The notes beneath the pieces were generated by a model. The model saw only the letters and a program-made list of their open reading frames with translations, did not search any database and was not told where the DNA came from. Shown here piece by piece: positions 53,236-61,302 of a stretch of DNA of 64,000 bases. Where the stretch lies: the NCBI GenBank assembly GCA_964590205.1, contig CAZPVO010000002.1, positions 1,005 through 65,004 of the forward strand. Reading direction: 5' to 3'. Both the position numbers and the translations under genes were made by a program. Within the stretch, counting starts at the first letter, position 1; every line of letters starts with the position of its first letter. Source of the DNA: an uncultured Candidatus Saccharibacteria bacterium. GTDB lineage: Bacteria > Patescibacteriota > Saccharimonadia > Saccharimonadales > JAGQNJ01.

Positions 53236-53728
53236 CCTTGTAGTGGTTTTGAATAATCCCGTTTACTACTGGTTTACTGCTAAGTAGTTCGAGTTTTATA
53301 TCGATATTGTAATCACCGAATAGTCTGATACCCTCGCCCAAAGTAAATGGATAGATGCTGATGATTATTTCGTCAATAAGCCCAGCTTCAGCAAAACGTC
53401 CATTGGTGTCGCCACCGCCAGAAAGAACTGTTGAACTAAAACCGCGTTTTTCAATTTCTTCTAATACTTTGGCTGGCTCAGCATTTACAAAAACAACCTT
53501 GTCAGTGTCGTCTTCTGGATGAGTCGTACAAACAAACGTAACTCTACCATCTTCTTCAAAGTCTTCTTTGTATTGGTCATATGTAACTCTACCGACTATG
53601 CAACAACCAGCTTTTTCAATTTCTTTTCGATATAGTGCATCGTCTTGCTCATCTACCCAATCAGAACCACCTCCTGCCTCGGCGATATAGCCATCCAAAC
53701 TTATTGCTGGATAAAAAATTACTTTCAT
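53225..53728 (-). CDS. dihydrofolate-reductase-like protein (RibD C-terminal domain family)
   Basis: MKVIFYPAISLDGYIA...GRVTY...LSGGG. ATGA overlap with the upstream gene. Confidence 0.65.
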   Translation of the reverse strand: MKVIFYPAISLDGYIAEAGGGSDWVDEQDDALYRKEIEKAGCCIVGRVTYDQYKEDFEEDGRVTFVCTTHPEDDTDKVVFVNAEPAKVLEEIEKRGFSSTVLSGGGDTNGRFAEAGLIDEIIISIYPFTLGEGIRLFGDYNIDIKLELLSSKPVVNGIIQNHYKVIR

Positions 53729-54186
53729 TTGCTGAGAGTCCATTCTTGGCGAGGTTTTTCAGGGAAGTCTTTGTTATCAAACAGCACAAACTTGGTTGGC
53801 TCGAGCACGTAAACTTTGTGTGGATTTTCGCCTGATACCACTGCATCTAAAAATGGCTTGCTGCTGCCGTGCTTTTTGCGATACTTTTCGATGATATCTT
53901 CGTACTTGTGCCAATCAACTTTTTTGGCCTGGCCTTCAATTGAAATACCTACGACGTAATCTTGTGCCTTGGTGTTTTCGTGCACCATTATTACGGCCGA
54001 AGCTCGTGGATTGATTTCAAGCTCTTTAGAATGTCGACGTTCTGGCGTGCTCAGCCAATATAAATTCAAATCGTCATCTGAAACATAATGAAGATTGCAA
54101 ACCCACGGCTGGTTGTTAGTGCAGCTAGCAAATTGCATCACATTAACTTTTGGGATTGATTCTCGGATAATTTCTTCTACATTCAT
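53725..54186 (-). CDS. pyridoxamine 5'-phosphate oxidase family protein
   Basis: Size and split-barrel-like pattern (...ASAVIMVHE...). Moderate resemblance only. Confidence 0.5.
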   Translation of the reverse strand: MNVEEIIRESIPKVNVMQFASCTNNQPWVCNLHYVSDDDLNLYWLSTPERRHSKELEINPRASAVIMVHENTKAQDYVVGISIEGQAKKVDWHKYEDIIEKYRKKHGSSKPFLDAVVSGENPHKVYVLEPTKFVLFDNKDFPEKPRQEWTLSK

Positions 54187-54524
54187 CGATTGTCGCCTTT
54201 CCCTTTTATAACGTCGCGTTTTTTTCGGTCTTGCAGTTTTTTAACATTAAGTTCCATGATTTCATCAAAAGATAAGCCTAGACTGTGTGCTAATACGGCG
54301 ATGTACCATACAATGTCGCCAAGTTCTTTCTTCATATCAGCCAAAAACTCATCAGTAATTTTGCCTTCGTTATAGGCAACCATCTTTTTCCATTTCTCGA
54401 TCACTTCGCCTGACTCACCAACAATGCCCATCGCCCAAATAGTTTTGTCCATTAATGTGTCCTCGTATTTTGGATTGGTGTAGGCCGTAGTTAGAGCTTG
54501 TTTTTGATATTCATCGAAGGTCAT
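54183..54524 (-). CDS. MazG-like nucleotide pyrophosphohydrolase
   Basis: FDEYQ..A..TA, GIVGESGEV and ELGDIVWY motifs. Confidence 0.8.
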   Translation of the reverse strand: MTFDEYQKQALTTAYTNPKYEDTLMDKTIWAMGIVGESGEVIEKWKKMVAYNEGKITDEFLADMKKELGDIVWYIAVLAHSLGLSFDEIMELNVKKLQDRKKRDVIKGKGDNR

Positions 54525-55111
54525 GTTGTAATTCTACCATTTTCATCGATCTTAATTGCACCTGGCCGAACAACTTCAATAGCGTCATCAATAATACGAA
54601 TAATGGTTGAAGGCGGTCTGTTACTGAGGTCACCGCCATCCACATAAAAGTCTACTTTATCGCCAAAGTATTTTTTGGCCTCGCTAACATTATTTGCTGG
54701 CGGATCGCCGGGTGTGTTCGCACTACTTGTTACAAGTACGCCAGTTTTCTCGAGTAGTTTCTGTAAGTCATTATCTTTTGGGATGCGAATTGCCAGACTC
54801 ATTTTGCCTTGGTGCAAATAGTTCAAAGTTGGGCCAGTTGGAATAATAATACTGATTGGATTTGGCCAATATTGCTCAACGGCCGTTAAGTAGCGTCGTT
54901 TAATGCCAAGGTTTTCAAGCTGTTCAATGCTGGCAGCAATCAAGGTACCGGGTTTTTGTTCGCGTTCTTTGAGCTCATACAATCGAGCCACAGCAGCCTC
55001 ATCTGCTGCAGGCGCCACCACACCATAAATCGTATCACTCGGGATTACACCAATTTTGCCCGTACTCAGCAGTTCAATTAGTTTTGGATCGCTCAATGAT
55101 TTTATGTCCAT
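54521..55111 (-). CDS. tsaC: L-threonylcarbamoyladenylate synthase (TsaC/YrdC)
   Basis: YrdC-domain motifs IGVIPSDTIYGV, KPGTLIA and TSSANTPG. Confidence 0.85.
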   Translation of the reverse strand: MDIKSLSDPKLIELLSTGKIGVIPSDTIYGVVAPAADEAAVARLYELKEREQKPGTLIAASIEQLENLGIKRRYLTAVEQYWPNPISIIIPTGPTLNYLHQGKMSLAIRIPKDNDLQKLLEKTGVLVTSSANTPGDPPANNVSEAKKYFGDKVDFYVDGGDLSNRPPSTIIRIIDDAIEVVRPGAIKIDENGRITT

Positions 55112-55146
55112 TAATACCTCTTATGGTTTATACTATCTCTGAATAT

Positions 55147-56043
55147 ATGTTACAAAACTTTTTAGAAAAACGAGTGGATCATCTTCACTATTTAGTGAAT
55201 TCAATCGCGAATTGGTTCGATCAACACCTTATCAATATTTTGATAATTCTTATTTTGTGCTGGGTTTTGCGCAAGTTCGGAACGAAATTCTTTAGTACCG
55301 TTATTCATAAAACAGTTCGTGCCGATCTATACCCAACAGAAGCAGACCGAAAGAAACGAATAAAAACGTTGGATAATCTTATTGCGGCCATCATGAAAGT
55401 TGTAACTTGGCTGGTTGCTATTTTTATGATCATTAGCGAACTCGGCATCAATACAGCACCGTTACTCGCAAGTGCTGGTGTAATCGGCTTGGCAGTTGGC
55501 TTCGGAGCACAATCACTCGTAAAAGATTTTGTGACAGGCATTTTTATTATCACCGAGCACCAGTACCGCGTCGGCGACATTGTGCAAATTGGTCAGGTTT
55601 TAGGAACAGTTGAAGCCATTACAATTAGAACCACTATAATCCGAGAGCTCAATGGCGATCTTCATCACGTACCAAACGGCTCGATTGTCGTGACAACTAA
55701 CAAAACCATGGGTCACGGCTCAATTAATGAAGATGTAACTGTTAGCCGCGATACAGATATTAATGAAGTCGAGCACATTATTAATCATGTTGGAGAAGAA
55801 GTTGCTGCAATGCCCGAGCTGAAACACATGGTTAAAGAGCCTCCTCATATGTCGAGTGTTAAAGGCTATGATGCTTCAGGTATCGTACTAAAAATCCTTG
55901 CCAAAACAACAACTGGGGACGCTTGGCGCGTAAAAAGTGTGTTTTACAAGCGCCTATTCAAAGCTTTTGATCAGCACAACATTGAAGTTCCATACCAAAA
56001 GATGGTCGTTTATCAGGCATCACCTAAGTCTAAAAAAACTTAG
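55147..56043 (+). CDS. small-conductance mechanosensitive channel (MscS family)
   Basis: Three TM helices, then GAQSLVKDFVTGIFIITEHQYRVGDIV. Start moved to MLQNFLEK to clear the divergent tsaC start. Confidence 0.85.
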   Translation: MLQNFLEKRVDHLHYLVNSIANWFDQHLINILIILILCWVLRKFGTKFFSTVIHKTVRADLYPTEADRKKRIKTLDNLIAAIMKVVTWLVAIFMIISELGINTAPLLASAGVIGLAVGFGAQSLVKDFVTGIFIITEHQYRVGDIVQIGQVLGTVEAITIRTTIIRELNGDLHHVPNGSIVVTTNKTMGHGSINEDVTVSRDTDINEVEHIINHVGEEVAAMPELKHMVKEPPHMSSVKGYDASGIVLKILAKTTTGDAWRVKSVFYKRLFKAFDQHNIEVPYQKMVVYQASPKSKKT

Positions 56044-56052
56044 AACTAATTA

Positions 56053-56484
56053 CTAAAGCCCGAGAGTTTGGTTTGTCAGATCATCAACCCGAAAATCAGT
56101 TGAGTCGCTAATATTCGTAAGATTTTTGTCGATATCGCCTTTGACGTTTTCAACATCATCAGGCGATACACGATTTGAGGCAGTCGTATTTTGATTATTG
56201 TTTTGAACAGGTTTAGGTGCAGGTTTTTTTCTGGAAAGTACAAAAATCGCTGTTGTCAGTCCAATTAATACAAGTGCAACAGAGATTGCAATAATTATCG
56301 GCACCATTGGTAGTTTTTTATGATTCTTTGGTTTCTTCATAGACATCTCCATAGGCAGCGTTGGGACATCGGTTGAGTTCATGGGTGTTTGTGGCGCTGG
56401 CAAAGAATTCAATTTATCTGCCGCAGCTTCAGGTGCCGAAATGTCTGGATTCACTTGTCTGGCCCTGGGATCATTGATATCCAT
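56053..56484 (-). CDS. membrane-anchored hypothetical protein
   Basis: Central TM helix. No family recognised. Confidence 0.5.
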   Translation of the reverse strand: MDINDPRARQVNPDISAPEAAADKLNSLPAPQTPMNSTDVPTLPMEMSMKKPKNHKKLPMVPIIIAISVALVLIGLTTAIFVLSRKKPAPKPVQNNNQNTTASNRVSPDDVENVKGDIDKNLTNISDSTDFRVDDLTNQTLGL

Positions 56485-57098
56485 TATTGTCCTGCTCCTG
56501 TCGTGTTACCACTGCTGAGTCGCTGTTTGATATCATCGAGCGTTGCTTTAACAGTCGTTGTTGCATAGTTACGGACATCTGTAACGTCTGGCGTTAAATG
56601 ATCGTGATATAAACGAGCTGTTTCCAGCGCACCAGCAAAACCAAGTGGATCTGCTGCGCAGTCTACCGTCACTGCATCAGAGACCGCCTGTTTATAAGCA
56701 GCCATGTCAGCAGTATAGATTGCAACCTTTGCATTGTATGTATCGGTTACATTTTTTAGCGTCGTCGTTTCGAAAGCTTGATCGTTCAATCGTTTCTGAA
56801 GGTTAGCCAGCGAGTCAGCAATATTTTGATACGCTGTTTTGTGGCTAGTCTCCGCTGATAGAATTCTAACTTGCAACGTTTTCATCGCTGCTTGCGCTAC
56901 TGGACATCGTAACTTTATGCCTTGGGTGTTTTGATGCGTGTCAATATTACGATCTTTTTTATATTGATCCAGTCGTTGTTGCAAAGTTGTAGTGGGGGTT
57001 GCAGTTTGAGCACTAGCTGCAAACGGCATCCATGAACTTGCGGTGAATGTCGTCAAAAAAAGTCCCAAAACTAGAATAAATTGAAGCTGTTTTTTCAT
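56484..57098 (-). CDS. secreted hypothetical protein
   Basis: Clear signal peptide MKKQLQFILVLGLFLTTFTASSW...ASAQ. Confidence 0.55.
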   Translation of the reverse strand: MKKQLQFILVLGLFLTTFTASSWMPFAASAQTATPTTTLQQRLDQYKKDRNIDTHQNTQGIKLRCPVAQAAMKTLQVRILSAETSHKTAYQNIADSLANLQKRLNDQAFETTTLKNVTDTYNAKVAIYTADMAAYKQAVSDAVTVDCAADPLGFAGALETARLYHDHLTPDVTDVRNYATTTVKATLDDIKQRLSSGNTTGAGQ

Positions 57099-57101
57099 GC
57101 C

Positions 57102-57914
57102 CTAATTAGTTTCATTTATGAAAACCCGTAAACCTAAAGAGAAGAGGTGTGGGTTTTTGATAATTAAGTGCTCACGGACAAGATCATTTAGCACTCTTGA
57201 TAAGCGCTCGTCACTGATTACTTGCTTAAGCTCATTGAGTGTATAAGGTTTGTCGCTAAGTTGCTTCAAAACTTTACCGCGAACTTGGCGCAAGCTACCT
57301 TCAAACTTTGATTGCTTGGCATAATGTTTACTGTTACTAATATTATTTCTTTGGGTTTTTAAGTAACTACCGTAGTCCATAAGTGCCCAATAAAACTCGC
57401 GTGGGTTTTTCTGATCGAGAGTTTTTTCGATCAATGGAACTAGTTCACGATCAGAAACATCGGTTCTACCATGAAAAAAATGATAAATAAAAACGCTGCG
57501 AACATTGGTCTCAATAAAAACCACCTGTTGATTAAATGCATATACCATAATTGCACCAGCCGTGTTTTTGCCAACACCTGGCAAGGTTGTCAGCTCTTCA
57601 ACTTTTTGTGGAAATTTGCTGCCAAAATCACTAACTAACTTTTTTGCAGCCGCGTGCAAATATTTTGCTCGCCGATTATAGCCAAGCCCATTCCAAATTT
57701 TTAGAACATCTCCCAAAGGTGCTTGTGCCAACTTTTGGGCGCTTGGAAATTTAGATAAAAACTCTTGGTACTTCGGAATTACTCTACTAACCTGCGTTTG
57801 TTGCAGCATAATCTCGGAAACAAGAATTTTATAGGGATCATTAGTGTGGCGCCAGGGTAAATTACGCCCATGCGAATCATAATACTCCCAAAGAGTTTTC
57901 TGAAAGTCGTTCAC
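57102..57914 (-). CDS. HhH-GPD adenine DNA glycosylase (MutY-like, short)
   Basis: LPWRHTNDPYKILVSEIMLQQTQV, HhH LPGVGKNTAGAI. No four-Cys FeS cluster loop and no C-terminal Nudix-like domain seen. Confidence 0.7.
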   Translation of the reverse strand: MNDFQKTLWEYYDSHGRNLPWRHTNDPYKILVSEIMLQQTQVSRVIPKYQEFLSKFPSAQKLAQAPLGDVLKIWNGLGYNRRAKYLHAAAKKLVSDFGSKFPQKVEELTTLPGVGKNTAGAIMVYAFNQQVVFIETNVRSVFIYHFFHGRTDVSDRELVPLIEKTLDQKNPREFYWALMDYGSYLKTQRNNISNSKHYAKQSKFEGSLRQVRGKVLKQLSDKPYTLNELKQVISDERLSRVLNDLVREHLIIKNPHLFSLGLRVFINETN

Positions 57915-57939
57915 AAATCTATTTTAACAGGCTAGCGTG

Positions 57940-58194
57940 TCAGGAAGTTTTGGAGGCGACGTATGTCATAACGACTGTTGCTGCCACAAATTGTGGAAAT
58001 ACCACCATCAGATATCCAAAAAATGTATCTTGAGTATTAAAGGCTACGATTAACACCGCAACTAGATACAAAATAAACGGCACATAGGTGAGCCAACCCT
58101 GCCAACTTGCTGGCAAGTAGCTTCCACGTACCTTTTTAAACCATATGTCTCTTTTAACTTTTTTAGCTCGTGATTTTGTCGATTTCTTTGGCAA
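57940..58194 (-). CDS. small membrane protein (84 aa)
   Basis: A basic N-terminus and two TM helices. Confidence 0.5.
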   Translation of the reverse strand: MPKKSTKSRAKKVKRDIWFKKVRGSYLPASWQGWLTYVPFILYLVAVLIVAFNTQDTFFGYLMVVFPQFVAATVVMTYVASKTS

Positions 58195-58393
58195 GGTCTT
58201 TATCCTTTTCTGTTATCTTTTGTTCGCTATGAGTAAACAATAGCACTTTTACCCTCCCCCAGCCAAGTTCTACATCTGGGTGATGATTATTTTTTTCAGC
58301 AATTGCACCCACCTTATTCACAAACTCAAGTGCCGACTTAAAATCGTCAAACTTGAATTCTTTCGCTAGTTTTCCGTTCTCCTCACTCCACAT
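58163..58393 (-). CDS. pterin-4-alpha-carbinolamine dehydratase
   Basis: FKSALEFVNKVGAIAEKNNHHPDVELGWGRVKVLLFTHS. Confidence 0.8.
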   Translation of the reverse strand: MWSEENGKLAKEFKFDDFKSALEFVNKVGAIAEKNNHHPDVELGWGRVKVLLFTHSEQKITEKDKDLAKEIDKITS

Positions 58394-58401
58394 GCGTCTA
58401 A

Positions 58402-58962
58402 TTATAGGCCAAATTTAGCTTGGATGGCCCGAACGAGTTCAGGAAATGCAAGCATTTCTTGTTTATCGCTCCCATAATGACCCTTATTGGAATCCTCAAA
58501 GTATTCAGTTTTTAAGTTTTTATTAATATGCCGTGCTTCCTCAATTGGAATATAAGGATCATCGGTCGAAGCGTACTGTAAAATCCAGTTTTGGTTGGCT
58601 TTAATTTTATCCCATTGCCATGGTCGATTATAGTATCCGCTCTTAATTTCGTGCTCATCGCCAAGATCGGTATAACATGCACCGACTAGTACTGAACCGT
58701 AAAGTTTATTACTCTCTGCATAACGCATCGCTGCAACTGCACCTGACGAATGACCAATAATAACCGTGTTTTCATCGGCTTTTAATTTGTCTTTAAGAAA
58801 CGGCAGCCAATATTTTTCTCGTGCCAAGTCATTGTCTGGCATTGTGGGTGCTAATACCTCAAAACCCAGTTTTTCCAGCTCTTTCTTTACTTGAGGAAAC
58901 CAGTTGTCGCTACCAGTACCGCCAAAATTTCCATGAACTAAAATAACTTTGGGTAATTTCAT
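58402..58962 (-). CDS. alpha/beta serine hydrolase (YdeN/RBBP9-like)
   Basis: ILVHG... and GHSSGA nucleophile elbow. About 186 aa. Confidence 0.65.
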   Translation of the reverse strand: MKLPKVILVHGNFGGTGSDNWFPQVKKELEKLGFEVLAPTMPDNDLAREKYWLPFLKDKLKADENTVIIGHSSGAVAAMRYAESNKLYGSVLVGACYTDLGDEHEIKSGYYNRPWQWDKIKANQNWILQYASTDDPYIPIEEARHINKNLKTEYFEDSNKGHYGSDKQEMLAFPELVRAIQAKFGL

Positions 58963-59270
58963 GCTAGTGCTCCGTCGATGTAATCTTTTAGTTCTTGGTT
59001 CAAATCATCAATTACTACAAAGGTAATCATTGGAACTTCTTCAACACTGGTTTGTCTTACATCCTGAATCAATTTGTCTTTTTGTCTGTCGGTCGTAAAA
59101 GAAGTAAAGGTCATATAATCCATATCTGTCACTTTGCCCTTCCATAAATACCGAGCCGGCAGCGCTATAAATTGTCCACCAGTTGCCAGTTTTTTCTCAA
59201 GCAGAGAGTTCAAAATTTTATCAGCTTGCTGTTGATTTTCTGCACTAATTTTTACTTCGTAATAAGTCAT
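58959..59270 (-). CDS. cutA: divalent-cation tolerance protein CutA
   Basis: Size and motifs (...YLWKGKV...) match the CutA1 family. Confidence 0.65.
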   Translation of the reverse strand: MTYYEVKISAENQQQADKILNSLLEKKLATGGQFIALPARYLWKGKVTDMDYMTFTSFTTDRQKDKLIQDVRQTSVEEVPMITFVVIDDLNQELKDYIDGALA

Positions 59271-59737
59271 AGGTCTTTGGTGAGCCTTTCGTACTGGTCT
59301 TTATCAAATTTGAATTCTTCGCTGGTTTCAGAAATCTCAATACAGTTTTCTGGCTTGAATGGCGGCGTGTTAATTGCAACTATCATTAAATCTTTTGTTG
59401 GAATTGCGTAGTGTGTTGTGTTTGGTGGTGTTACAACAACCGAACCTTTTTGAATTTTATCTTCAATGCCACCATGAACTGCTAGACCTTCACCGGCTAT
59501 TACAAAGTAAATTTCACTTGTTCTATTGGTGTGATAATGAGGTGAAGCAACTTTTACGTTTCGCATATCTACAACCGCAAAATCCTCATTCGGCCGATTT
59601 GGAATTGGGTTCGGCATTTCATAAACTGGCCCACAGTAGGTATCTTTGGGTTCCACATTTTTTACAAGTTCCTGCCAATCCGTAATCGAATCACAGTATT
59701 CTTTCCAAACTTTAACTACTTCATCTATATCAGCCAT
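59267..59737 (-). CDS. cupin-domain protein
   Basis: Cupin motifs PHYH...EIYFVIAGEG and PPNTTHY. Confidence 0.65.
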   Translation of the reverse strand: MADIDEVVKVWKEYCDSITDWQELVKNVEPKDTYCGPVYEMPNPIPNRPNEDFAVVDMRNVKVASPHYHTNRTSEIYFVIAGEGLAVHGGIEDKIQKGSVVVTPPNTTHYAIPTKDLMIVAINTPPFKPENCIEISETSEEFKFDKDQYERLTKDL

Positions 59738-60669
59738 TAGTTCACCTTATTAGTTGGTTTTTCGTTTAGGAAATTCTTGATGTTATCAATGTAGATTCGC
59801 TTTTTGAGTTGGCTAGCTTCCCGAGTCATATAGCCAATGGCTGGATAAATTCGGCATGTAGGAAGTGGCTTTAGTTGTTTTAGCTGATCCTCAGTCATTT
59901 CATCGCTATGATCAAGCATAAACACAATCCCATTTTTCTTTAGTCGCGCAACTAGCGCATCAAAGTCGATTAATTCCATAGGGCTCGGATTTATAACAAT
60001 GGCATTTTGTTTTAATTTGCCGATTCGCTCAGCGTTAATAATGTCTTTGGTTTCAGGATTGAGTGCTAAGTTTAAGGTAATGATGTCAGAATTTTCTAGC
60101 AGATCGTCGAGCTCGACATATTTTATACCTTGAGCCTCAGCATCATCTTTGCGATTGCGGGACCAGTATGAAACGTCGGCGCCAAAAGCCTGTGCAAGCT
60201 GTGCCGTTCGTTTGCCAATATCTCCGAGGCCAACTACACCAAACTTTTTACCCTTGATTTCCATGCCCGGCTTATCATCTTCATATGCACCACCCCAAGC
60301 TAACTTTAGCCCTCGGCCAAGACCGCGGCACCATTCAATCAAAATACCGAACGTGAATTCAGCTACTGCTTCGGTGGCGTAATCAGCAATATTTGTGACG
60401 GTAATGCCTTTGCTAGCTGCGTACTGTACATCGATACCACCATAACCCGTGCCGAGCATACCGATATATTTTAAGTTTGGCAGCTTGTCGATTAATTCTT
60501 TTGGAATTTTTGCGCCAAGTTTTACAAGCAGTGCGTCGGTATCTTTATCAAGCTCGTCTTCAGTTTTTATCAGCACGCGCTTCTCAGCTAATTCATCTAG
60601 TTCTTTCCAATAACTGTCTTCGAGCTCATCACCCGAAAACCCCAAGCATGCAATTTTTCGTAACTTCAT
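59737..60669 (-). CDS. D-isomer-specific 2-hydroxyacid dehydrogenase
   Basis: NAD-binding VGLGDIGKRTA. Catalytic-domain pattern. Start at MKLRKIACLG. Confidence 0.8.
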   Translation of the reverse strand: MKLRKIACLGFSGDELEDSYWKELDELAEKRVLIKTEDELDKDTDALLVKLGAKIPKELIDKLPNLKYIGMLGTGYGGIDVQYAASKGITVTNIADYATEAVAEFTFGILIEWCRGLGRGLKLAWGGAYEDDKPGMEIKGKKFGVVGLGDIGKRTAQLAQAFGADVSYWSRNRKDDAEAQGIKYVELDDLLENSDIITLNLALNPETKDIINAERIGKLKQNAIVINPSPMELIDFDALVARLKKNGIVFMLDHSDEMTEDQLKQLKPLPTCRIYPAIGYMTREASQLKKRIYIDNIKNFLNEKPTNKVN

Positions 60670-60743
60670 AGCTACATCATAGCAAACGAACACTCTTGAA
60701 ACATGGTTTTGCTTAAAAGCGAGCAGCATGTTTAAGTACAGGT

Positions 60744-61091
60744 ATGGGAATAGATATTCGCAATCTCAGTTATGATCAAGCGCGTGATGCTGTCTGGAAA
60801 GGACGGAATACCGGAAACAGAGCCGAGACTTTAAGTATTGAAGGGTTCGATGCATTAGTTACTTTTGCCACTGACGAAGCTGTCAGAGAATTGCACCGAC
60901 ATGATGATGACTATATAGATGATGATAGCGACGATATAAAAAATCCCGACTGGGAAACAATAGCTGAAGAAGCAGCAAAAATAGCGGCACAAGTAATTTG
61001 TGATGCGCTTTTAGTACTTGATAAAGAAGCCACGGCGTCAGTTACTTCAACAGAAATTCCTCAGGCTACCTGGCACGACAACGAACCATAA
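60744..61091 (+). CDS. hypothetical acidic protein (115 aa)
   Basis: ORF only. Confidence 0.5.
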   Translation: MGIDIRNLSYDQARDAVWKGRNTGNRAETLSIEGFDALVTFATDEAVRELHRHDDDYIDDDSDDIKNPDWETIAEEAAKIAAQVICDALLVLDKEATASVTSTEIPQATWHDNEP

Positions 61092-61302
61092 ATAATCTGA
61101 CAACCCGAGAGCAAAAATCACACAGTAGCAGCGCACTAGCGTGCTGTGCTTGAGTGCTCTGTGTTGGTGAAAATGAAGCACGGAACAAGCCGTACAAGTG
61201 GTACGGTGACGTGAGTACTGGAGTTTTCAACAGCGCAGAGCGTCAAGAGTGCCGGTGGAGTTTCTGGCTCTGCCAGAAAACAGACCGGCATGGCACAGTG
61301 CG

